From assembly GCA_002633005.1 (NCBI GenBank), contig NMRA01000060.1, positions 848,918 through 889,283 on the forward strand: a DNA stretch of 40,366 nucleotides. The letters are read 5' to 3'. This DNA is from Phoronis australis. Lineage: Eukaryota; Animalia; Phoronida. The notes below the pieces were generated by a model. It searched no databases. It saw only the letters and a list, made by a program, of their open reading frames with translations, and had not been told where the DNA came from. Both the position numbers and the translations under genes were made by a program. Below, in pieces: positions 13,001 to 21,400 of this stretch; the first letter of the stretch is position 1, and every line of letters begins with the position of its first letter.

Positions 13001-15053
13001 TTTGTCTCATATATGTGTGAATGAGGTCATGGAATACAAGGAAGTAAAAACAATCGGTTCCGACCATATTTTGTTGTTGGTGTACAGAATCATGATGGAA
13101 TAAATTCGCGTGCACTACGGCAAATTTGATTGGTTTTGTTTATTTGGACTTCTTTAAAATTAATATTCATTGAAGACGTGGTTCCTGAAAAAGCAGTTTT
13201 GTTGCTCTTAAAACTGAACTTTCAGCAGAGATTTACTGATAACTATTGCTATACATTCTTATCGGGCAGCTATATTTAGGCTTCGCTATTTTTAATCTGG
13301 GCCATCAGAAATAAGCCAGTTGCTTGCAAAAAACGGGCAAAAATCTAATTCAAATGAATCAAAAACCGTTTAAGAATGCCTACAGTATATTTATCCTGGA
13401 AGCTATGATATCTATAGACAATTGGGACTTAGTCGTCAAGTACATTGGCACAATCATCTGCTAGCAGTCTTCAGCTTTGACTGTACCTTTTTGCTGTGAG
13501 TCCTTAACTCAAGTTTCACAAATCAGCTACCTCACCAAACACAGTTTCAATCATTTTTGGGGTGCTGGGATAGACGGAGGAAATATTTCCTTCACTGTTT
13601 TCATTCCAGAAGCTAACGAAACTAAAAATAGACCTAGAAAACTAAGAAATTCATCAAAGCTAAATGACATATCGCTGGACAACTGTTTAGTTTATCTTTC
13701 TAATTTTAAATTCCAGGATGGATTGTTCATAACTTTCCGACAAACTTTTAAAATTCTTGAATCGTTCATTGTTTCAACTTAATGTATATTTCACAAACTG
13801 AACAACAAGCCAAAACACATGGTAACAAGATATGGTCGCGAAGAAGAGTTTGTATATATGGGATATCCTATCTTGAATTCATTTCATATGGGAACATCCC
13901 AACTCGACCTTCGATAGAATGTGCGGACAATTATATCAATTACTGGATTTACAGATTGAGTTGGCTATGTTGTGTCCTCATCTCGAGGACTTCGGCAGGC
14001 CATTGGGATGTCACGTGATTCATCATGTGATCTACAGCACAGTTTGCGTGGAATACTCTTTAATGCCCTATCCCACGTTTTTGGCAACAGAAACCTCAGG
14101 CCTCCTTGTCTGTTCAATTTTCTGCATATTATTTATTCAACTGGATGACTGAAAGTATTCTCAATAGGATATGATAATTGTAGTATTCCTTTGCGGCTCT
14201 TATCAGTAGATGTCCTTGCCACCCACTGGTCATCGGATGTAGATCACTTCATCATATATTAAGTTCCACATTCTTTATTTTCATGTTAACTTTATAGGTT
14301 TTCTATTGTGTTCCTTTCCTCATCCTGACTTTTCATTAAATTCTCAGGTACTTCCACATCTAAGTAAAACTAAGCAGACACAAGTTGAAGAGTTGCAACA
14401 TAAGCTCGCACCACGAGAGGATGCCGCTGTAACTGCACTTGCCAGCCTAACACTTGGTCTTGCCAAGACCAGGAATGATGTCCAGGTTAAGGTAAGACTG
14501 CCTTACCAGTAATTGCTAGTTTCACAACGGGGACCCATTGTATGGACATTTGCATTCTAGGTCTTAGATACACGCGTTGTAGCCATGTCATTGCAAAAGG
14601 AACTTTGTGTGTATGAATCAAAATATTGACTCTGATGGAAACATGACCACAGTTCATTTTTTCACCAAGGGACTGCCTTATGGATATGTTTTAAAGTTTA
14701 CGCCAGCAGTAATTTAGGTTAGTACCCCATCTTAGGTGAGACTGGATGTATAAATTTGATAAAATTGACCTTGGAATGATGGTCAGGTCTGAATAAGATT
14801 ATGACTAGTTTAAGACTGTCTTGGTATGCCAGGAATGACACCCAAAGTTGGCGTTTTGGTGACAGCTTGTTTGATATAGGTCCAGTTTTTACCATGGTAA
14901 CAACTTAAAATTTACTATTTTTGTTTACAGGAGCAACTAGATGACATAGTAGCTAGTGAGTGTGTGTACTGTGGGGACGCCATGATACGGTGTGTTGACA
15001 AACCGTTTATTGAAGAAGATGAATATGACCAAGTACTACAAAGCTGGGAATAG
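1081..15053 (+). CDS. VPS18: VPS18 (vacuolar protein sorting 18, HOPS/CORVET core subunit), 5'-partial. Exons: 1081-1138, 1488-1591, 2326-2386, 2718-2782, 3955-4090, 5277-5429, 5942-6035, 7245-7468, 7768-7908, 10083-10214, 10546-10627, 11238-11365, 12450-12571, 12833-12950, 14348-14491, 14931-15053
   Basis: All 16 exons have AG/GT boundaries with matching phases and give about 627 aa ending in TAG at 15051-15053. Diagnostic VPS18 motifs include ESRDVWQMYL, SFEEIVLKF, WLIEIYLNELG, TVYDLIASHG, AIHNYLLSLY, YDVKYALRLC, LRKKLWLRIARHVV and LLKIEDILPFFPDFVKIDHFKEAIC. The split RING-H2 is CSACG..FYLFPCNHRFHIDCL ... DDIVASECVYCG. The acceptor before 3955 is AAG. The start codon lies upstream of the window. 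Confidence 0.97.
1764..1810 (-). mobile_element. Micro-insertion with poly(A) tail and 9-bp target-site duplication
   Basis: TGCTAACAT at 1764-1772 and 1802-1810 flanks 29 nt that begin with a T-run, i.e. poly(A) on the minus strand. Confidence 0.45.
3128..3221. repeat. 30-bp tandem repeat, 3 copies
   Basis: Unit CGTTCTATAAGTTAAGTTGTCATGGCGTGT repeated perfectly in a VPS18 intron. Confidence 0.95.
4202..4599. repeat. 65-bp minisatellite, 6 copies
   Basis: Unit TGAAGCATGTGCACAGTTAGCATTATTGTATTGTGATACTATGAGTAACAGGCATAGTCTCATTC starts at 4202, 4267, 4332, 4397, 4462 and 4527, with a few substitutions. The last copy has a 3-nt insertion. Confidence 0.95.
8117..9948. mobile_element. Non-autonomous Kolobok-like DNA transposon (TTAA TSD, short TIRs) in a VPS18 intron
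   Basis: TTAA at 8113-8116 and 9949-9952. The left end AGATATCTCAAACCTTA matches the reverse complement of the right end GGTTATCTCAAACTTTA at 14/17 positions. RR..YY termini with a TTAA TSD fit Kolobok. A 14-bp subterminal duplication (GCTACTCACTAAAG x2) lies at 9909-9936. Confidence 0.65.
8711..9149 (-). mobile_element. 5'-truncated non-LTR retrotransposon fragment encoding the C-terminal part of RNase H
   Basis: The minus-strand peptide VYIPGHCGISFNVKADELAG matches the RNase H motif W-x-P-G-H-x-G-I-x-G-N-E-x-A-D-x-L-A. It has a 3' (CAGAAA)n microsatellite tail and a 10-bp TSD, ATGAACTGTT, at 8701-8710 and 9150-9159. Confidence 0.8.
11033..11220. repeat. Degenerate ~33-bp tandem repeat, about 6 copies, abutting a VPS18 acceptor
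   Basis: Consensus approximately ACTGATATTGAAATAATGTGACATCACTATATC. Confidence 0.85.
13950..14125 (-). mobile_element. Penelope-like element remnant (GIY-YIG C-terminus plus pLTR)
   Basis: Minus strand 14120-14052 encodes KLNRQGGLRFLLPKTWDRALKSI, resembling the LNRDxGxxxxLxxxW end of PLE GIY-YIG endonucleases. It is followed by a hammerhead-like motif. Boundaries are approximate. Confidence 0.65.
13962..14002 (-). ncRNA. Decayed minimal (type I) hammerhead ribozyme
   Basis: The minus strand reads TGGC-CTGCCGA-A-GTCCTC-GAGAT-GAGGAC-ACAAC-ATA-GCCA. Stem I (TGGC/GCCA) and stem II (GTCCTC/GAGGAC) are intact. The core has mutated (CUGANGA to CUGCCGA, GAAAC to ACAAC), so it is probably inactive. 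Confidence 0.55.
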
Positions 15054-15338
15054 CAAAGCATTGGGGGCAGTTCTACAACAATGCTGAAATATTGCGCAGA
15101 TGGAATTGACCATTGATTGGGTTATACGACATTAATTCTTACACTAGAATCATGTGAACTGTCATGCCTATGGCATGTCTGTCTGAGGTGATTACAAAAT
15201 GTTATTCTGAGGAAAGCCTGTTACTGTGTGTGTCAGTGCAGGCTATTTATACATATTCGTTATTAGTGCAATTGTGGTGTTATTCAGACTGACTTTAACA
15301 ACATTTACTGTATTTAAAAATGTCTGCAGTAAAGGCAA

Positions 15339-15344
15339 AATAAA
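15339..15344 (+). terminator. Probable VPS18 polyadenylation signal (AATAAA)
   Basis: AATAAA about 285 nt after the VPS18 stop codon. Confidence 0.6.
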
Positions 15345-15486
15345 GTTTGTTTAAAGATTGCAGACAGTTTGATGCCTGAATTCAATAAGATGTGTGGAGG
15401 CAACATAGGTCAAGATGCTCCTGATTTCAAACTCACCAGAACAATCTGCTGTTGTATATAGTCATTGAAAGCTATTCCTAAGAGAG

Positions 15487-15563
15487 GTTGCTAAAGTGCC
15501 TTGCTATGTGGGCCACATTTATTTTCTGTTGATGCTTGGCATTTGAACCACAGGTAGGGTCCT
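15487..15563 (-). mobile_element. Degenerate SINE-like remnant
   Basis: The plus strand has AAAGTGCCTTGCT ... GGCATTTGAACC, resembling the reverse complement of tRNA-derived SINE cores and the B box. Confidence 0.3.
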
Positions 15564-15816
15564 CAACCACCAGTACTGTTTCTGCTTGTGTTATCATTTC
15601 AGTTGACCTTCTTACGCAGAAGGATAAGAGATTCCCTGGAGCAAGCCTTATCCCGAAGATGTAGCCTGTCTGGTTGATTCCAATGAGGCCTTGAATGTAC
15701 CATATTTTAATAAATTGTTTGATATATTGCGGTGCATTGTGGGAGAACTGCACGCCACCGAGTTCTCATTTTTTGCCATTCTGCACTGAATGATATTCTT
15801 ACAAACGAATGGAAGT

Positions 15817-16052
15817 TGTATGGTCGAGACCATTTCTTATCACTCCGGGTGATAGGCCCTGCTGTCAGTGGTACGTTATAGCGGCTGCATCCGTACTAGT
15901 CGACAAGTGTCTGTAGAAAATTTCTGTTTCCGGTGGGACTTGAACCTAGGTTGCACAAGTGGCGGCCAAATGTCTAAACCAGTCGGCTAAGGGGCAGTTG
16001 CCACTTGGCAAGCGGCTTAGACGGGCTTCATCTCACTTTACATGTCGTCACA
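15817..16052 (-). mobile_element. tRNA-derived element with internal Pol III A/B boxes, bounded by TGT...ACA (SINE-like or solo-LTR-like)
   Basis: Minus-strand A box TAGCCGACTGG (15989-15979) and B box GGTTCAAGTCC (15946-15936) have tRNA-like spacing. The stems do not pair, so it is not a functional tRNA. Confidence 0.55.
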
Positions 16053-16152
16053 ACCGGATGTCATGTTTTCACAACAACGCAACCCTGACGGTACAACCAA
16101 CGTCTACTTCTGTTCACCTAGCAAGTGATCCCAGTATTTGACTTTTTACAGT

Positions 16153-16665
16153 TTAATGTTTAGCTAATCCAGACACACATTTGCGTTTTTCACTGCTCCC
16201 GTGTTGATCTTTTTCTGTGGTTCGAAAGCTTTGAGGAGAGACCTTCCCAGAATATTTCAACAATACTTCGTTAAGTTTGTATGTTCTCAAATGACTTACT
16301 TGTCTCTTTTCAAATGACGTCAGTTCTCTTCCCAAGAACAGTTCAAAGAAAAGCACCTCTCCACGGATACGCTGGGTTTCTTTATCACCATAGAGCCACC
16401 AATCTAAGATCGTGCTTAAACAGTCATTTCTTTCAGCGATATCAAAATATGTGTCCATTAAGTCTTCCAAACTTGTTTCAATGTCCAAGTCATCGATTGT
16501 CGAATAATACATTCTCTTGAATTGTCGACTCCTGTTGATCCTCAGTCTGCCGCTCGTGCTTTCTACACAGGTCTTGCTGTATTCCCTTCCTGTCTCGGTT
16601 TCTGTAGCGTTTAATACATTGTCCATATTCACCTCATTTGAGTATTTACGGTTGTCAACGTTCAT
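16153..16665 (-). CDS. Orphan intronless ORF, 170 aa from ATG (possibly TE- or virus-derived)
   Basis: The longest ORF in the window. The core IDDLDIETSLEDLMDTYFDIAERNDCLSTILDWWLYGDKETQRIRGEVLFFELFLGRELT looks protein-like, but I recognise no family. Confidence 0.35.
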   Translation of the reverse strand: MNVDNRKYSNEVNMDNVLNATETETGREYSKTCVESTSGRLRINRSRQFKRMYYSTIDDLDIETSLEDLMDTYFDIAERNDCLSTILDWWLYGDKETQRIRGEVLFFELFLGRELTSFEKRQVSHLRTYKLNEVLLKYSGKVSPQSFRTTEKDQHGSSEKRKCVSGLAKH

Positions 16666-16868
16666 AACTTCTCTTTCTTTGTTTTTCAACACATGCAAGC
16701 ACGAGGAGAGACACGCGCAGATAGATGTTCAAACTGGAACGCTTGTATTTTTTTAACACTCGGCGAGTTTAAAACGAGTTGAAGGGGCTAGTGACGGAAC
16801 AAACCGGGGGCTGAAATTATTGCAACTGATCGAAACCTTTAAAAACCTTTCCCGCCCACTCTGCTACA

Positions 16869-17189
16869 TTAAACGGCATTTTCGCCCAATGAGCGAGCAT
16901 GAGATTCTAAGCTTGTACACTGACACTTGACTGACCCTCGAGCGCGAGTCACGGCCTCTGGTAGCACTGCTCTCCCGTCGGTCCACTTGACCTGAGGTCT
17001 ACCTCGGGATCGGTCCATATTTGTATAATGTTTTACCTTTTTGCATTTCAAACAGAAACAGCCAACTTGACTAATAGGGTCACATTCCGCGCATACTCGG
17101 AACCCATTGTGTGTAGATGGGTGGTGTGGTATGTTAGGAATACAGTAAATGGTCGGCTGCATCAAAAGTCCCAATAGTGTCTCAACCAT
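16869..17189 (-). CDS. Orphan intronless ORF, 106 aa, with a CxxC-x9-CxxC zinc-ribbon-like motif
   Basis: ATG start and the motif CAECDPISQVGCFCLKC. It is co-oriented with the 170-aa ORF. Confidence 0.25.
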   Translation of the reverse strand: MVETLLGLLMQPTIYCIPNIPHHPSTHNGFRVCAECDPISQVGCFCLKCKKVKHYTNMDRSRGRPQVKWTDGRAVLPEAVTRARGSVKCQCTSLESHARSLGENAV

Positions 17190-17234
17190 GTCCTCGAATT
17201 TTCAGCACGTGTAGTCCTTCTTCACTCACTTTTT

Positions 17235-17493
17235 AATTAATTTACGTTGCAAATAATTAGTTTACACCTTTAACAATTAACTTACGCAGGAACATGTAAT
17301 ATACGTTCGAAAAATTCATCCATTTTGCCAACGTTATAAATTAATTATTAACAGCGTTAATTAATTTTTACCGCGTAAATTAATTATTAACGACGTAAAT
17401 TAATTTGCAGCGCCAATTAACTTTTAACGGTGTTAATCACTAATTTACGGCGTAAATTAAAGTTATTTTACGCACATAATTTACGTGCGTAAC
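17235..17493. repeat. Degenerate ~20-bp AT-rich periodic repeat
   Basis: Successive units such as AATTAATTATTAACAGCGTT, AATTAATTTTTACCGCGTA, AATTAATTATTAACGACGTA and AATTAACTTTTAACGGTGTT. Confidence 0.7.
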
Positions 17494-18316
17494 CTTCACC
17501 AATTTGAGCAACGATAGATATCTTACAAATTCTTGCGAGATTCTCGCTTCTATAGTACGCGCTCTCTGGCTTGCCGTCAACCAATTTTCGGCGACCACCC
17601 TCTAAATGCCCCAACAACGCAAACTGTTTTCGTCTCCTCCACAATATTCCTTTCCCTTATCTCCTCTTGAAAAAACGATGAATGAATTTTGGATTTTTCC
17701 CCAAAAATCGCAAATTCCCGACTGCCCTGTCCCAAATATGTAGCACGTTCAGATGTGGATTTTTCATAAGAAAACAGATAGGTCGTGAAATGAGAAGGTA
17801 GATCAACCGAGCACTCACAAAGTCATACTACCAGCTGTCTTGCGGGTATTCAGTATAATATAAATATGCAAGATGTTATCTTTTTGGCTAAGAACATATC
17901 CACAAATCATGCCATTCGAATGTAGCCTTCTCATGGTGAGAATTCAATTGTGCCGTCTGATGTGGAGTCGGACACTAGGATTGTCTTTCTCAGACTGCGA
18001 GTCGGACTTCGGATCAATCTTGGGCGTCATATGATGACTAAATCAATGGCAACTATCTAACTAGCGTACGGTTTTCACTTGCCAAAATGCATATGCGCAG
18101 TCACATCAAATCTAACTACCTGCAACTACATTTTTGTTAGAGATGGTGCCCTTACAAACGCATGGAGACTACTGTCACGAACTCATCCAAACACATTTAG
18201 AGAAAGAAGTTCTGGGGTAGTATGTCGTAGTCCTCAATTTGTTGTGCCTTTCTGGTCCAATTTGTGTACGTCTTAAGTTCTATAATTATTATTAGTCACC
18301 TTCTGATTTTAACTGA

Positions 18317-18353
18317 TTTATTATCTTGTTTTAATTTTATTACTATTTTTATT
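18317..18353 (-). terminator. Polyadenylation signals of the lysozyme gene
   Basis: Three TTTATT (AATAAA on the minus strand) at about 18317, 18336 and 18348, 80-120 nt past the stop. Confidence 0.55.
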
Positions 18354-18433
18354 TCTGTTGACACGAGGTGAAGGATTTCGCACTCAGTGTCACCGGAACG
18401 TCCCCAAATCCAAGTGAAAGTCACTCTTTTGCT

Positions 18434-21400
18434 TTACCCCTCGTAACAGCTGCGCACTTTCCTCCAGTAATTCTGCACGTCCCCGGAAGATCGACGACAA
18501 CCGAGTGGACCCCCATTGTGGATCTTGGCGTAGTCTTGACAAGTTGGAGTACGTCCGCCTGTACAGTACGTACCGTAGCGCTTCATGTAAGCCTGGACGC
18601 ACTTCTCGGAACAGGACAGGTCAAGACCGCAACTTTTCCAGTCTGCAAGAGGAGAAACACACGGCTCACTAATTTCCCTTCGTAAATTTTAAAATGTTTT
18701 TGTGTTGTGCTCATCGATGAAATCTGTAGGAGGCATGCGTTCTATAAGTGAATCACCTAACTGTCTAGAGTTCCGCAATGCTATTACCTTGCGAGTTTGT
18801 TAAGGTCTCTCAAATCTTTTCGCAAGAGAAGCATGGGATCTCTCTTACTTTTTACATATGACAATGTTGCTTTGCGAAGCAGGTCGTGTATTTTCCGTTT
18901 GCATACCCCGTAAGTCTTATGCAGATATAAACTACACGTATATGAGTTAATCATTTACAGACATCGATGGCAATTTGGTGATTATGTGACTACCTGAAAT
19001 GTCCTTCGTGAGTCGTATCGCAGCTCACTCACCCGAACCTTGTTTGTAGCAGTCAAGCCAGTAGATATTCTTGATTTGGTATGGACCGCACGATAGCGAG
19101 TTAACGTCCCAATTACACTTTTTATTTCGTAGACACCCCTCCACCTGCCAATGAGATTGACGCGTCAATTCATATTGGTGTCAACTTCTCGTCTTCTACA
19201 TCCTTAAAAGATTACCAAACCCAGTTCTGATGATTTCACTGATGAGTGGCGTCGTTATCTACCGATATACTTCCTCCACATGTGAGAGCCTATTACAGGT
19301 TAAACTTTCCTCACTTTTTGTCACAAAGTGGACCAGGTAGTACAAGGTGGACGGTCTCCACTAGATCGCACAAAATCGTGTTGCAACGCTTGCCAAGTAG
19401 ACATAGTAGAGAGTTTTTAAGATTACCCTCAGCTTTCGAGGGCGGAACGAAGGTTGCAGAGCATCATTTTTCAAGTTTTGAGTGATCGCACTGTCATAGG
19501 CTGAAACGGCGTTTAGTGAGCTTTTCTTAAAATCCGATATAGTTGTACGAATCCTAAGTGTTTATACGATCAGAATGTTGACTGCAGATATGCAGAAACA
19601 CGTTTCCCAGCATAGTCAGTCGTGTTTCAATCCTGGCACTGTTTCCGGTTTTTCTAATCAAATATGAATATAAATATACTAAACTATCAATAATTTATTA
19701 GAAGGATGCACATCAGCGCAGTGTAACCTATATCATACTAGTACTGACTGCTGTCAAGGCAATGCCAAAACCAAGTCATGAAATTGTTATACCACGTGTA
19801 CGTTGGAACGTTCTGGCAACTCACATCGCGTTTCAATTTTGCATGGCTTTCAATCAAGGCACCTGTCTTAAAATAAAAATTTGCTTGTGTTTTATTTCCG
19901 ACCATTGATGAAAGTTTTATCAAAATCTGCCTACAACTTCTTAAAAAACTCTCGGCTGAGAAAATGTCTGAAATGTGATCAGAAGCAAAACATAAAGTTC
20001 TTGCAAGTTTTATTTAGGAGATTTAATTTTGAATAAAACACAATTTCAATTACTCGCTTTCACCCTCCTGCTCTGCATCGTTCATAATTGTATTTTGGTC
20101 TGAGAAGCAACGTGTTGTCCACGATGAAAGTCAATAGTTGTCTACTGTTGATGAACTAACAATGTGTTATTTCCACCTATCGCTTAATCAAAGAATGAAA
20201 TATGCATTTTGAAAGTATTAGTATACTTGACAACAAGCCTATCACGTCAAGCGCGTGATATGTTACATCACAGTCCTTCCCACCTGTAAATGTACAGGTC
20301 AATCTCGTACTATTTATAAAACTACACCTGATAAAATGCTACCTGACAGATACACCGCAAACACTTGCTATCCACCACACCTGTAGTTTGGCCAACTGTT
20401 CCTCCTACGTAAGAATCAATGAGATATCGATTACTGCTCTTTGTGAAACACAAATTTAGCAAGTGGCAAAATTCGTTTTTTTGTTTTCTCGAATTGCAAC
20501 CATTAAACGGGATACAACTTCGTAAGTTTTATAAAGAAAAATTATTTGAAACAAGTAACATAGATCTCGTTGAGATGGAAGCTTTTGTCATGTTTAAATA
20601 GTGTCGGTTGAAGCCTCACCGTTTCCCCCTTCTCCAGAACAGTCTTGGCTGGACGCCTTCCGGAGATAGTTTCCCGCCACCCAGGCTGGTTGTCCGTTGT
20701 AATCGACTTTGAACCAGACGTAACCGCAGTTGGAATGGCGAGATCCCAATGACTTGAAGCAGCGACCAGAAGATAAAGTGGTTACCACCCGCGTGTTCGT
20801 GCATGCTTAGACGATAACAATGAAGTGCTACTACACACCATGAGCAAACTTATAGTCACGATTGACAATTAGTACATATAGTTCCAGCAAGTTTTGTTTG
20901 ACAAGCGTTATCTTCGTTCCTCGCTCCGTCATGGGAAGTTTGGAGAAATAAATGTAAGCATCATTGAGAATAGCCCTTCTAAGTCGTTGAAAGGCCTACA
21001 TGTACAATGTGCTAAGCAAAAGCATTTATTCTCCATACTCATTGAAGTTGCTATGACTTGGAATTCCGACAAAGTTGTTAACTTTTCTTTTGGACCATTC
21101 ACTGTTATAAGTTTTTCGAAATGACAGTCACTTAATGTAAAAACGATTTCTGAGATTGGGTAGGAGTATAGTTTGTTTTTTGCTTGAGGCCTTTTTTAGC
21201 TTAAGACTGGTATCGAGAGGTCTTGTTGAGCATAAGACTGGTATCGAGAGGCCTTGTTCGGCCTAAGCCTGGTATCGAGAGGACTCGTTCATCCTAAGCC
21301 TATCTCCGGTTCAGTAACACTAGGACCTCGCTAAAAAGCAAGACTTCGCGAGATTACGTGAAATATTGCCGTGTATTTTAAATGAGAACACGTAACTTTG

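Noticed and set aside
14180-14215. Second hammerhead-like motif (CTGATAAGAGCCGCAAAGGAATAC, minus strand)
   Set aside because: The core and stems are too degenerate to support.
14765-14850. Echoes of the VPS18 exon 15 end (CTTGGT..CCAGGAATGA) as an alternative exon
   Set aside because: The matches are too short and lack a convincing acceptor or frame.
15925-15995. Functional tRNA gene
   Set aside because: A and B boxes are present, but the acceptor, anticodon and T stems do not pair.
18368-18685. 105-aa plus-strand ORF
   Set aside because: It is the antisense shadow of the last lysozyme exon.
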